Positions 39,796 through 51,092 of a DNA stretch of 64,000 nt are shown here, piece by piece. The DNA is from an uncultured delta proteobacterium. GTDB lineage: Bacteria > Desulfobacterota > Binatia > UBA9968. The stretch spans positions 224,001 to 288,000 of the forward strand of contig CAWJZV010000048.1 of assembly GCA_963847445.1 (NCBI GenBank), given 5' to 3'. How positions within the stretch are numbered: the first letter of the stretch is position 1; the number at the start of each line of letters is the position of its first letter. The notes under the pieces are model-generated. The model was not told the origin of the DNA. It made no database searches and was given only the letters and a program-made list of their open reading frames with translations. The position numbers were made by a program, and so were the translations under genes.

Positions 39796-40740
39796 ATGCG
39801 AACCTTAGACTTACTCGCCAGCGACTCGTCCCACCTACCCTTTCTTTACGTGTTCAAAGAATCCAAGGTCATGGAGAAGTACGGCTTCGAGATCGATCTG
39901 CATATCGTCGGCGGCGCCAAAGCGCCGACCATGGCGCACCGCGCCAAGCTCGCGCTGGCCGGCGAGATCGATTTCCTGAGCGGGCTGCATCATGAGACTT
40001 ACCGCGAGCGCGCCAAGGGCGAAAAGCGCTTGACCTATCTGGCCCAGGCGCAGAACAACTGGGACGACCGTTTGGTGGTGCGCCCGGAAATCAAAACGGT
40101 CGACGACCTCAAGGGCAAAAAAATTGTCTGCCATTCCAAAGCACCCTGCGTGTCCGGTAATTTGCGCGCGGTCTTGGAAGAATGCGGCCTTAAGCCGGAA
40201 GAAATCAACATGGACGTGATCGACGACACTTCCGGCAAGTTTTTAGAATTCGTCGATGAGATTACCTCCGGCAAAGCCGTCGGCGCCCTGGTCGATATGC
40301 CTTTTGACCTCTATGGGATCAAAAAAGGATTGCACATTCTCGCGCTGCCCGACCGCCCGGTGATTCATAACACCACGCTGCTCGCGACCAGCGATTACAT
40401 CAAGGAAAACCCGGAAACCGTCGACGCCTTTATCAAAGGTTTCATCGAAGCGCTGCACTATTTCAAAACCAAGCCGGCGGAAGTGGTGGCGATCCTGAAG
40501 AACAATTTAGCGGCGCGTTACGGCCTGCAAGACGACGAATACTACGTCCACTTGCAGCGCGAGTGGGCCAAGCTGCTATCCAAGAAACCCTACCCGCTGC
40601 CGGCGGCGATCCAAAATGTCTACGACCTCGACGTCGGCAAGGATCCCAAGATGCAACACATCGGACCGATGGAGCCCTGGGATTTGCACTATCTGCGGCA
40701 GATCGACGACACCGGGTTTATCGACAGGCTGTACGCCTAG
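39796..40740 (+). CDS. NMT1/SsuA-fold protein without signal peptide
   Basis: DDLKGKKI, DYIKENPETVDAFIKGFIEALHYF, WDLHYLRQID; starts MRTLDL after GGGAG RBS with no hydrophobic leader. Confidence 0.75.
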   Translation: MRTLDLLASDSSHLPFLYVFKESKVMEKYGFEIDLHIVGGAKAPTMAHRAKLALAGEIDFLSGLHHETYRERAKGEKRLTYLAQAQNNWDDRLVVRPEIKTVDDLKGKKIVCHSKAPCVSGNLRAVLEECGLKPEEINMDVIDDTSGKFLEFVDEITSGKAVGALVDMPFDLYGIKKGLHILALPDRPVIHNTTLLATSDYIKENPETVDAFIKGFIEALHYFKTKPAEVVAILKNNLAARYGLQDDEYYVHLQREWAKLLSKKPYPLPAAIQNVYDLDVGKDPKMQHIGPMEPWDLHYLRQIDDTGFIDRLYA

Positions 40741-40951
40741 CCAAAATGGCAAATCTCCGCAATCCCGTTGACTCAGCTCGGGGTAAACCTAGATGCGTCG
40801 GATATTTTGCTGATAGTTAATCTAGCCGGCATGCGCTGACCAAGCCGGTCGCGCCAAGGTTTAATTCACTGCGACGCGGTCAATTGAACATCTCTCGGCT
40901 CTATGCCGAAAAATTTTGCCAGTGTCGACTCGGAGTCGAATTTCTATTCGT

Positions 40952-41066
40952 CGTCATTCTCGCGAAAGCGGGTGGCCAGGTGACGGACAGCGTCCGTCAT
41001 ACCGTAGAAAAACGGTATCCAGATTCTCGGAAATGGGGATGGACCCCGGTGTTCACCGGGGTGACG
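40952..41066 (+). repeat. Composite three-hairpin REP-like element (copy 2)
   Basis: Homologous to reverse complement of 3348-3458. Confidence 0.7.
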
Positions 41067-41189
41067 ATGGCGCGGGCATGGCGGAACTTCTCTTCGCCTG
41101 AAGCATGCCCTGAGCAAGATCGAAGGAGCGACGGAATTCAACCATCTCCGATGAGAGACATGGATCTATTCAACGCGACCGTAGCCCGC

Positions 41190-42223
41190 TTACCGCCGGC
41201 CATCGCTGAACGCCAGCGGGCCGCCGATCTCCCACAAATAAATCATATGGTTGTTGCCGGCGACGTCGCGATAATTTTCCGCTACCTTGGGCTGCCACTC
41301 GGCCATATCGAAAGTGTAAGAAACCACCCGCGCGCCGGTCTTCAACTGGCTCATGAGGCGCGGCCGGACGGTCAGATTACCGTCGTAGGAGAGATAGAGC
41401 GTCACCACCGATGGCAACGATAAATCCGCCGTCAAGAAATCCTGCTGGCGGATTTCCACCAGATGCTCGACGCCTTGTTTGCGCACATTCTCGCGCGCCA
41501 GTTTGACCAGACCGGGATCGATCTCGAAGCCCACTGCCTTGACGGCGAATTTCTTGGCCGCGGCGATCACCACGCGGCCGTCGCCGGCGCCAAGATCGTA
41601 GAGCACATCTCCTGGTTTCACCGCCGCAAGTCGTAGCATGCGATCGACAACTTCCTGCGGCGTCGGATCGAAGGGAGCCAATTGCCCGCTGCTTCTGGTA
41701 CGCGATTCGTCCGGCGCGTCGGTAACACGGCGCTCCTCGCGCACCACTCCGGGTGCCATTTCGGTAATCACCATGTTCGACGAATAGTAAGGTGTGTCGA
41801 AAATCACGATGCCTGGATAGGGATAGATAGATCGGCCAATGCGGTCGGTGCGGACGATGCGGATGGCGTGGTGAGCCGTCCGGTCTCGATGACCACCGTT
41901 GGCGCATGGCGCAGCGTATTGGGCTGGACCACCGGAACTCCTCCGCCATGGAAGACCGGCGGCACGAACAGTTGCGGCGTCACGGTTGGAGTACTGCGGA
42001 TCTGTGCGTTGGGCGCCAGTGCCCCGCCAGGTGTCGTCGTGGTCGTGATCGTCGATGTGCTGGCCCCGCCTTGCCGTGTTTGACTCGTGATCGTGCCGGG
42101 TTGCGCCGCCCGGCCAGCCGAGTTTCCAGCGCCGGTTGCGGCACCACGCAAGCCCTGGGCTGTGGCACGCGGCGGTAAGGTCAAAAATACCGTGAGAACA
42201 GTGAGCAGCGCTAGAGATTTCAT
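41190..42223 (-). CDS. Exported class I SAM-dependent methyltransferase with low-complexity N-terminus (one frameshift)
   Basis: MKSLALLTVLTVFLTLPPRATA leader with GGAGG RBS; Thr/Gly/Pro-rich linker; PTPQEVVDRML, YDLGAGDGR, GFEID, VTLYL. Confidence 0.78.
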
Positions 42224-42245
42224 AACGCCTCCGAAATAGAGGGAC

Positions 42246-42275
42246 ATCATAGGAAGACCGCCCCTGCCAAGTCAA
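42246..42275 (-). promoter_or_regulatory. Sigma-70-like promoter of the methyltransferase gene
   Basis: TTGACT-18 bp-TATGAT on the minus strand upstream of ATG 42223. Confidence 0.55.
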
Positions 42276-42288
42276 CACGCTAACTTTG

Positions 42289-43559
42289 TCAGACGACACG
42301 CCGAGGCCGCGCACCACCGGCGCTCGCCAGGCGATGAGCAAGGCTAGAACGATAACGATGGCGCCCATCAAACTCACCGTCATCGGCGCGCCGACATAGT
42401 GGGCGCATACCCCGGCAAACAGCGAACCCACCGGCATGAGACCGCGGTCGAGCGCATAAATGCTCATCACCCGGCCGCGCAGATGGTCGGGCACGATCAA
42501 TTGGATCATCGTGTGGGTGGTCGCCATGTAAAAGATTTGAAACACGCCTTGGCAGACGAGCGTCAAGAGCGACAACGTAAATGAAGTGGTCCAGGAAAAC
42601 AGGATCATCAGAAACCCGAGCACGACCAGACTGACGAGCATAAAAACGCCCTGGCGTTTGATCCGGCTCGACAGCGTGGCCAGGGCGAGACCGGCCAGCA
42701 GCGCGCCCAAACCAGGGGCGGCTAAGAGCATGCCCAGCCCTTCCGGCCCCACGTGCAGGACATCTTTCTGGAACACCGGCATGAGGATTTGAAACGGCAT
42801 GGCGAAGACCCGCGGCACCAACGCCGCGGTCATCAGGGCGAAGACGATGGGATTGGACCAAACGTAGATCAGACCCTCCTTGAGATTCGCCAAAGGAGAA
42901 GTGCGCCGCGCCTCGCCAGGTGTCGCCGGAACGACCATCCAATAGACGATTAAAACTACCACCGCGTAGGCGGCAGCTTGAACGAAGAAGTTCCCCGCCG
43001 CGCCGAAGGCGACAATCAGTAAGCCGCCCGCCGAAGGGCCGATGACTTTGGTCATGTTGAACGCCGCTGAGTTCAGCGCCACGGCATTCATGAGGTCCTG
43101 CTTTGGCACCAGCACCGGCACCAAACTTTGGCGGATCGGATCGACGAACGCCCAAGCGATGCCGGTCAAGACCGTGAAGGTAAACAAATGCCAGACCGCC
43201 AGTATCCCCGAAGCCACCAAGACACCCATGAGGAAAGTCAGCGCAGCTAAAAAGCATTCGCAAGCAAGAATGAGCCGGCGCCGGTCCATGCGGTCGGCGA
43301 AGACGCCGGCAATGGGACTGGCGACGAGAAACGGCAGCGCACGTAGTCCATTGAGGACACCGAGCAACACCGACGAACCGGTCAGATCGTAAACCAGCCA
43401 GCCCAGGGTCACTTGTTGGACCCATTGGCCGGCGCTCATGAACACCGTGCCAAACCATAGGTAGCGATAATTACGATGGGTCAGCGAGGTGAAAGTCTTG
43501 GCGAGAAAACCCTGTGCCAGCGCCGGCGCGGCAGATTCGATACTTGCGGGCTCTTTCAA
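42289..43559 (-). CDS. MFS transporter (EntS/MFS_3-like)
   Basis: SLTHRNYRYLW, AGVFADRMDRR, ALNSAAFN, VPDHLRGRVMS; ~12 TM; the in-frame stop appears lost to an indel near 42300; start uncertain (43559 or 43625). Confidence 0.88.
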
Positions 43560-43696
43560 GGCAATTGTTCCTGGTCGCGCTGGGAATCCCCGAGCGCCGC
43601 TAGATCCAGCGAAATATTTGTGCACGGAGAAAGCGCGAAATAACTAGCGCGAAGAGCCGTAGTATGGAGCTTACGCTCTAAGATCGCCGCAGTTGT

Positions 43697-44490
43697 CTAA
43701 TTGGCTCTGGCGACGAATTTAGCATCTTCGGTGCGAACAAAGCCAGGAGGATTGCCATGTTTTGAGCGCACTTCCAACCACTGGCCGAGGCCGCGCACCA
43801 CTGTGATTTCCGTGCCGCCGCCGATCCGGTTCAGCACGCGCGAGCTGCTCAGCGGTTCCTCATGGACGTCGGTGGCACGCACTGTTTCGTACAACCCCGG
43901 CTCGATGATCCGGCGCGCCGCCGGCGTTGGCGGTGGTGGCGGCAAAGCGGAACTCTGCGCGCGCGACCGCACCGGTGGTAGCGCGGGCGCGGGGCGATTT
44001 GCCAACCTGTTTACTTCCCGCTCGGCGTCCTTGCGCTTTTGCTGCGCCGCCGCCAGACTCTTTTCCCGGACGTTAAGCTTGGTTTTAAGTTCTTCCAGTT
44101 GCGCCGCGCTGACTTTCAATTCTTCACCGGTCTGCGCCAACTGCGCTTCGAGAGCCTTGAGCTTTTGCTCGCTCGCTTGCAGCGCTTTTTCCTTAGCTTC
44201 CAGTAACGGCGCGAGGTCTGAACGCTCACTGTGTCCGCCGACGAGAAACACACCCAGACCGAAGACCAAGACGCCCAAGACCAGAATAAGCTTCGAGCCC
44301 AACGGAATGGCTGATTGTGCTCGGTGTTAACGCTGGCCGCCGGTGACTCTTTGTCTTGACTCGGCCACTGTGGCATTGGCGCGGCGCTAAGACTCGCCCG
44401 GCAGTACGGGCAGCTCAAAGTGTCCAGCGCGATACTATTGGCGCAATTGGGACAGAGGCGGGTTTGGATTGTCGATACTGCCATTGGCAT
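43697..44490 (-). CDS. Zinc-ribbon / TM / coiled-coil / SH3b-like domain protein (frameshift near 44305)
   Basis: CPNC...CPYC, TM segment, coiled coil, Pro-rich linker, C-terminal GQWLEV...GFV SH3-like motif. Confidence 0.7.
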
Positions 44491-44689
44491 CTACTCCACA
44501 GCGAATCTCGACGGAAGCCATCGATTGGTCCCCTCGGATGCCGCTAACTCGACATCATTTTGCGGCGATCTGGCGGCACCGTCAAGGCTTTTGTCGATTA
44601 GAAGTTGGTCAAGACAGAAATGAGACAAAAATGATAACTTGCCCCGGCAAATTTCCTGGGCTATACAACGCTGGGAGGATTTTCTAACC

Positions 44690-45622
44690 ATGGCAGTGAT
44701 CATCAGCGAAGCACAAACTCGCAAGCTTATCGACATGTCCCAAGCCGTCAACCTGGTGGACAAAATATTTCGCGACCGCGCCGCCGGCAAGATGCGCAAC
44801 GTGCCGCGCCGCCGCCTCAAGGGCAGCTCCAAGCAGCTCAACATGATGGCCGCCTGGAACCAGGATTCCGACCTGATCTGCCTGCGCTCCTACGCCGCCG
44901 GCGCCAACATCGTCACGCTGTTTCACGGCGGCAAGGGCGGCATTCAAGGGATCGTCAACATGGCCTACTTGAGCAGCCTGCGCACAGGCGCCGCCACCGG
45001 CGTCGCCGCCAAGTATCTTGCCCCCGCGGGTAGCAAAGTTCTCGGCATCATCGGCCCCGGCTGGCAAGCGACCTTTCAAGTAGAGGCCGTCATGGAAACC
45101 TGCGATATCGAGCAAATCGTCGTCTGGGGCCGCACGCCCAAGCGGCGCAAGGATTTCGTCAAGCAAATGAGCAAAGTGGTCAAGAAAGTCGACTGGAAGG
45201 AAGTCGACAGCATCGACGAGTGCGAAGGGCTCTCGGACATCCTGGTGGTATCGACTGATTCGACGACACCGGTGGCGACGGGAAATAACCTGAAGCCTGA
45301 AGTGCTGGTCGCCTCCATCGGCGCCAATGCCACGGTCAAGCACGAAGTTTCCAATAGCCTGATCCGGCGCATGGACCTGATCGTCACCGACGACATCGGC
45401 GCCGCCAAAGCCGATAGCGGCGACCTGGTCGAAGCCTGCCAAACCCGCATCGCCCGCTGGGAAGACATCTTGCCGCTGGAAAAGTTCGTCGCCGGCGGCG
45501 CGCCGCAGCCGCGCCCCAAGCGCATCTTCTTTCAATCCAACGGCATCGCCGATGAAGACCTAGCCGTTGGGAAGTTCGTCCTCGACCAGGCCAAGCGCAA
45601 GAAAATCAAGGTGAGAACGTGA
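44690..45622 (+). CDS. Ornithine cyclodeaminase / mu-crystallin family protein
   Basis: LSSLRTGAATGVAAKYLA, GIIGPGWQA, SIGAN, FQSNGIADED; GGGAGG RBS. Confidence 0.9.
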   Translation: MAVIISEAQTRKLIDMSQAVNLVDKIFRDRAAGKMRNVPRRRLKGSSKQLNMMAAWNQDSDLICLRSYAAGANIVTLFHGGKGGIQGIVNMAYLSSLRTGAATGVAAKYLAPAGSKVLGIIGPGWQATFQVEAVMETCDIEQIVVWGRTPKRRKDFVKQMSKVVKKVDWKEVDSIDECEGLSDILVVSTDSTTPVATGNNLKPEVLVASIGANATVKHEVSNSLIRRMDLIVTDDIGAAKADSGDLVEACQTRIARWEDILPLEKFVAGGAPQPRPKRIFFQSNGIADEDLAVGKFVLDQAKRKKIKVRT

Positions 45623-45823
45623 GCGAGATCTAGGCCGTAGTACAACCGGACATCAGCATGAAGGCGCGAGGTCGAAATGACAGCTTTTACGACAACTCGC
45701 GCCTGTCATTTCGAGGCAAAGTCGAGAACTTCGTGCCTTCCGCTAAGTGTCGAGTCAGGTCACAACCCGGCAAAAGCGTCAGTGACCTCAACGGACTGGC
45801 ATTGAAACGACAGATTCGATCAA

Positions 45824-46902
45824 ATGGCGCAACCTTTACCGGCGAGCTCGGCCTGCAATTCGTCACCCATTTGGCCAATCACTACAGCCTGCGCGACCTC
45901 GTGCGGTTGGCGCAGCTCGGCGCCGATAGCGGTTTCTGCCAGATTTGGGTCAACGACAACATTCGCTACCGCAATCAGATGGTGGTGCTGACCGCCATCG
46001 CAGCGCAGGTGCCGATTCGCCTTGGCACAGCGATCATGGTGCCTTATTTCCATAATCCCTTGGACATGGCGGACTCCTTCGCCGCGCTCTCGGAATTGTG
46101 CGAAGGCCGCGAGATCAGCATCGGCATCGCCCGCGGCGATCTCGGCCAATCGCCGCAGCATGTCCAAGCGCACAAGCCCATCGCCATGGTCAGCGAGACC
46201 ACCCGGCTGCTGCGCCGTGCGCTCGCCGGCGAAGAGTTCCCCTACTCCGACTTTCCTTTTTTGACGGAATTCTACCGCCTCAATCCCAAGGGCAAATTCC
46301 AGCTCGCCTTCAAGCCAGAAACCGAGTTCAAATTCTATGGCGGCGGCAACGGGGCGCAAGCGCTGCGCCTGTGCGGCCGCATCATGGATGGTATAATCAG
46401 CTCGGGAACCTACATCCCGATGCTCAAAGCCGGCCGTCTCGAAGCCATGCTCGCCACCGCCGATAGCGCGGCACTAGCCGTAGAGCCTGGGAAACGCTTG
46501 CGCAAGGTGTGCGAATTGAATGTTTCGATTGCAGCGAATCGAGAGCACGCATTGGATTTTCCCCGGCGCCAAGTGGCGCACTCGATCCTGCAATGGGAAG
46601 CGTTGGGCTTCACGCCGGAAGAATACGCCAAGATGGGCGTGGCAAGAGAGCAGGTTTTGAAGCTAAAAGAAGCCTTCGAGTCCGGCGCCACCGTCGAGCA
46701 AGCCGCCGCCCTGGTCACAGATCATATGGTGCGCTGCTACTACGCCGCGGGAAAACCGGAGGAAGTCAGAGATCAGATCATCGAACTGGTCGGCGCCGCC
46801 GGCCGCTTGGGCTACGACCATGTCGCCTTCGCCAAGCTTGGACCGGATTACGACGAAGCGATCAAGTTACTGGCGGAACAGGTCGTGCCGGCACTGCGCT
46901 GA
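45824..46902 (+). CDS. LLM-class flavin-dependent oxidoreductase
   Basis: IWVND, IRLGTAIMVPY, IGIARGD, GGNGAQAL; probable ATG 45824 with an indel just after the start. Confidence 0.83.
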
Positions 46903-46969
46903 CCGCCGGCAAGATTCACAGGGGCGCTATGTGCTGCCCCGATGACTGTCAAAATTTGACTTCAGCTCC

Positions 46970-47686
46970 CTACGGCTTGACAAACTTCAGCACGAAGCGG
47001 TCGCTGCGGTCGCGGATCTTGACGACACTGAAATCGCGGGTGTCGTCGGCGCGGCTGAGCATTTTTCCTTCTTCGCCCAGTCGAAAGCCGACCCCGGTCG
47101 CTTCCTTGATCACCAGCAGCTTGTCCATGCGGTGCAGCGTTTTCGCCTCGCTGTCGCCGGCGCCCTCTTTCGCCGAGTGATCGACGACGCCGTAACTGCC
47201 GCCGCTCTTCAGCGCGGCGAAGATTCGGGCGGTCATCGCGCGCCGAACATCGGCGGCGATCTCGTGATAGTCAAGATGGAGCAAAACGAAATCGAGAGAA
47301 CCATCCTGGGGCAGCGCGAGCTTGTCGAACGGTCCGTCGAGCACGCGCACGTTACTCATGCCAGGTTGTTTCAACCGATCGTGCAATTCCTGGCGCGGCG
47401 CGGGATTGGCCGAATAGACAACCCCTTCGGATCCGACGATCTGGGACAAGATCGCCGTGTAGTAACCACGGGCGGCGAAGATGTCGGCGACTCTCTGGCC
47501 GCGCTTCACGCCGTAGAACGCCATCACCTCGTGCGGCTTGCGCACGGCATCGATATTTCGTTCCGCTTCCGGACGATGGGTGTTGGTCAAAATCTCCGAG
47601 TAATTGGGCGCCGACATCGCGGCGCAACCTGCCAGCAAAACTCCGATCAATGCGCAAGCCATCGGATCCAACCGTCGGTTCGACAT
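46970..47686 (-). CDS. Lipoprotein, predicted SAM methyltransferase (COG4798-like)
   Basis: LAGC lipobox; RKPHEVMAFYGVK, VADIFAARGYYT, VVDHSA, LHR, DRFVLKF. Confidence 0.8.
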   Translation of the reverse strand: MSNRRLDPMACALIGVLLAGCAAMSAPNYSEILTNTHRPEAERNIDAVRKPHEVMAFYGVKRGQRVADIFAARGYYTAILSQIVGSEGVVYSANPAPRQELHDRLKQPGMSNVRVLDGPFDKLALPQDGSLDFVLLHLDYHEIAADVRRAMTARIFAALKSGGSYGVVDHSAKEGAGDSEAKTLHRMDKLLVIKEATGVGFRLGEEGKMLSRADDTRDFSVVKIRDRSDRFVLKFVKP

Positions 47687-47710
47687 AAATTGCTCCCGGT
47701 CTTGCTCGCC

Positions 47711-48432
47711 CTACGGCCGTTGAAAAGCCAGCACGAACCGGTCACTCTGATTGCGCTGCTTGTTGACGTTGAAGTCGCGCTTGTCCTCGGGCTTGCGCAG
47801 CATGGCGCCTTCTTTCGCCAGCTTGAAACCCGCCGCGGTGACCTCTTTGATGACCAGCAGCTTGTCGATGCGATGCAAGGTTTTCACCGCCTCATTGCCG
47901 CTACCGTCCTGAGCCGAATGATCGACCACGCCGTAGATGCCGCCGGGTTTGAGCGCGCCAATACCCGCTTGTTCAATTCCGGGCGCGCCTCGATGGCGAC
48001 ATCATGATAGTTCAAGTGAATCAACACGAAATCCAAAGAGCCGTCCCGCGGCAAGGCGAGCTTATCGAACGCGCCGTCGGCGACTCGCACGTTGGCGAAC
48101 TTTGCGTTCTTCCAGCGTTGATTGATTTCATCCCGGGAACTGGGATTCTGCGTGTAGACGACACCGGTTGGTCCGACGACCTCGGAGAGAATCGCTGTGT
48201 AATAACCGCGCCCGGCCCACAGATCGGCGACCTTGTCGCCGCTTTTGACGCCGTAGAACGCCAACACTTCGCTCGGTTTGCGAGCTGCGTCGAGCTCGCG
48301 CTCGTTGGCCGGACGATCGGTATTGGCAACGATTGCCGAGTAGTTTGGTAATGAGGCCGCGCAGGCGGCGAAACCCACCATCGACAGGGTCAAAAGCATC
48401 CAACCTAAAGGTTTCACTGTCCAACGATTCAT
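47711..48432 (-). CDS. Lipoprotein, predicted SAM methyltransferase, tandem paralog (frameshift near 47955)
   Basis: FAAC lipobox; RKPSEVLAFYGVK, VADLWAGRGYYT, VVDHSA, DRFVLAF; closely similar to 46970-47686. Confidence 0.8.
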
Positions 48433-48582
48433 GAGCACTCCTCCCGGAAGTTAAATATTGCTTCAACTCTAGTGATTGGAAAAACAAATGCAAGGAAAGT
48501 ATGCGGGTTTAAAGCCCGCGCTAATTTCGTAAAGCGTTTTTTGCGTTCTGCGTTTTTGCGGCCATGAGGCCTGCGATTCTCA

Positions 48583-49359
48583 TCACGGCCGGCCGCGATC
48601 CAGCGCATGTTCGACGTCGTGCTTGAGCAGGTTCCAGATCTTATCCATGCAGCTGGCGAAGTCCGGATCGCGCATGCTCTTCATCGTCCGCGGGCGCGGC
48701 ACATCGACGGTGACGATGCTCTTGATCAATCCCGGCCGGGCGCTCATCACGGCGATGCGGTCGCACAGCATGACCGCTTCGTCGATGTTATGAGTGACCA
48801 AAATGACGGTTTTCTTGTCGCGCTCCCAGATGCGCAAGAGCTCCTCGCGCATGAGCAGGCGCGTCTGCGCGTCCAAGCTGGCGAACGGCTCGTCCATGAG
48901 AATCACTTCAGGATCGTTGGCCAGGGCGCGGGCGATGGCGACTTTTTGTTTCATGCCGCCGGAGAGTTCGTGCGGCTGGGCGCCGGCGAAATCCAAGAGA
49001 TTGACGACTTCGAGAAAAAACCGGCTGATCCGTTTGTAAACCGACGGTTCTTCCTTGCGAAACTCTGCGCCCAGAGGGACGTTCTCTTCGACGTTGCGCC
49101 AGGGCATCAGCGCCGATTCTTGAAACACCATCGACACCGGCGACTTGCCGCGCTGCGTGCCGATGAACTGCACCGAGCCGCTATTGGGCGTTTCCAAGCC
49201 GGCGATGATATGCAGCAAGGTCGTCTTGCCGCAGCCGGTGGGTCCGATGATACCGAAGAACTCCTGATCGCGCACCTCAAGATTGACACCGCCAATCGCC
49301 CGCGTCGTGCCCTGAGTGGTGACGAACTCTTTGGTAACCCCGTGAACGACGACTTTCAT
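48583..49359 (-). CDS. ABC transporter ATP-binding protein (TauB/SsuB-like)
   Basis: GPTGCGKT, LSGGMKQK, LMDEPF, VTHN. Confidence 0.93.
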   Translation of the reverse strand: MKVVVHGVTKEFVTTQGTTRAIGGVNLEVRDQEFFGIIGPTGCGKTTLLHIIAGLETPNSGSVQFIGTQRGKSPVSMVFQESALMPWRNVEENVPLGAEFRKEEPSVYKRISRFFLEVVNLLDFAGAQPHELSGGMKQKVAIARALANDPEVILMDEPFASLDAQTRLLMREELLRIWERDKKTVILVTHNIDEAVMLCDRIAVMSARPGLIKSIVTVDVPRPRTMKSMRDPDFASCMDKIWNLLKHDVEHALDRGRP

Positions 49360-49486
49360 TTCAAACACCACCCAAAGATCGCAAATTCACCATCGAAGGT
49401 ACACATCGAAGAGGCACGAAGTTGGGAAATTTCGTTTTTTGCGCAAAACCATTCGTGTCCTTCGTGCCTTCTTGGTGGCAAAGCTC

Positions 49487-50906
49487 CTATCCGAGAAAAT
49501 CTTCCAACCTTACATTGACCAGACCCTGCGGCTTCACCGGTTCGAAATAATTGCGCAGCTCCTCGGTCAGCGCCGGGCCTTTGGTGGCGTCGATCAGCAT
49601 CTTCGAACCGATGCGCGGATGAAATCCCATATGGTTGCCGGGATTGGGCAGCAGTTCGGCGGTGAGATCGCCGGTGTGACACAGCGTATCGGGAATAATG
49701 AAGACATCGGATTTGGGATTCACCCGGGTCGACATCGCGTACATGATCGCTTGGGCGTTGTGCGGGTCAATATCCTCGTCCACCGCGATGCCGATCTTTG
49801 GGTGTAGATAGGGACTCGACAAGAGCGCCATCAGCGCGCTGCGCACCTCGCCCATCTTGCGCGGCGTCATCTGCACGACGATGATGTGGCTGCCGCCGGC
49901 ATAGGGCAAGGCGACGACGTCTTTGACGTCGATGAAACCGCCGACATCCTTGATGCGCGCGTAGAGAACCAATTCCATCGGGAAACCGTCCAGCGGCTGC
50001 GATTCGGAGATCGGCCGGCCGCCTTGGAGCGCGTAATAAATCGCGTTCTTGCGCATGGTGATGCATTTAACGTTGATGATCGGGTGCTGCAGCGTGCCAT
50101 GGGTCATGCCGGCATGCTCGCAAAACGGCCCTTCGTCTTCCATGTAGTTGGGCGGCACCTCGCCTTCGATGACGATCTCGGCATCCGCCGGCACCATGAC
50201 GTCGATGGACTCGCAGCGCACCACGTTGACCGGCTCTTGCAACAAGGCGCCGGTAATATCGATCTCATCGGTTTCGTAACCGGTCGTCCAGGTCGACGCG
50301 ATATAATAGGCCGGGTGATGGCCGATCACGGTGGCCACCGGCATCGGTTTGCCCTCTTTCCAATATTTCTGCATGCAAATATCGGTGTGGCGCTTGGGGT
50401 GAACGAAGATGCCCATCTTCTTCGGACCTTTGATGTGATCGCGCTGCAAGGCGATATTCTGCGTGCCGGTCTCAGGATCCTTGACGAATTGCATCGCCGA
50501 GCCGATGAACGGCACTGCCGCGGTCGCTGTCGGAATGCACATGGATCGGAATCCGCCCCAGATCGGCGTCGTCGCCTTTCCAGATGATTTCTTTCACCGG
50601 CCCGTCTTCGACGATCTTCGGTTTGATCAATCCTTTCGCGATGCGTCCGCCCAACTCCGTCAACGCTTTGTCCTTGGTCGTGCCCAAACCCAACGCCATC
50701 TTTTCCCGGCTGCCGCACATGTAACTGACCGCGGACCAGTTGGGATACCCCTTGAGATTGTGGAACATGGTCGCCTTGCCCCGCTCGTTCTCGCCGCGAT
50801 AAGCGAGGCCGGCCAGGTTGGTCAGCGGGTCGACTTCCTTTTTAATATCGAGCAGCAGTTTGTGCTCGCGAATTAAACTAATGTAACTGCGCAGGTCCTG
50901 GGACAT
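49487..50906 (-). CDS. UbiD-family decarboxylase (frameshift near 50530)
   Basis: MSQDLRSYI, AEIVIEGEV, EGPFCEH, VDEDIDP, KMLIDAT. Confidence 0.9.
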
Positions 50907-51092
50907 GGCTTCAGCACTCCTGATTGAATTTGTAGAATGGTTGTAATGCAACCCGGCGGTCAATTGCAATCAACCCTAGGTTGGCCAGGTCAAATGTTGG
51001 CGCCGCCGGCAAAATGTTTCCGCAAACCCGCAACCCGAGAAACGAAACCATGTCCTGAGCAATGTCGAAGGGCCGCAACCGCGTTGGGCGTC

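Noticed and set aside
41190-43625. 811-aa MFS-methyltransferase fusion ORF
   Set aside because: A separate promoter, RBS and signal-peptide start (42223) lie inside it in another frame; indels create the apparent fusion.
45670-45720. N-terminal extension of the LLM oxidoreductase ORF
   Set aside because: Region is an inverted REP-like pair (TCGAAATGACAG/CTGTCATTTCGA); a better start lies at 45824.
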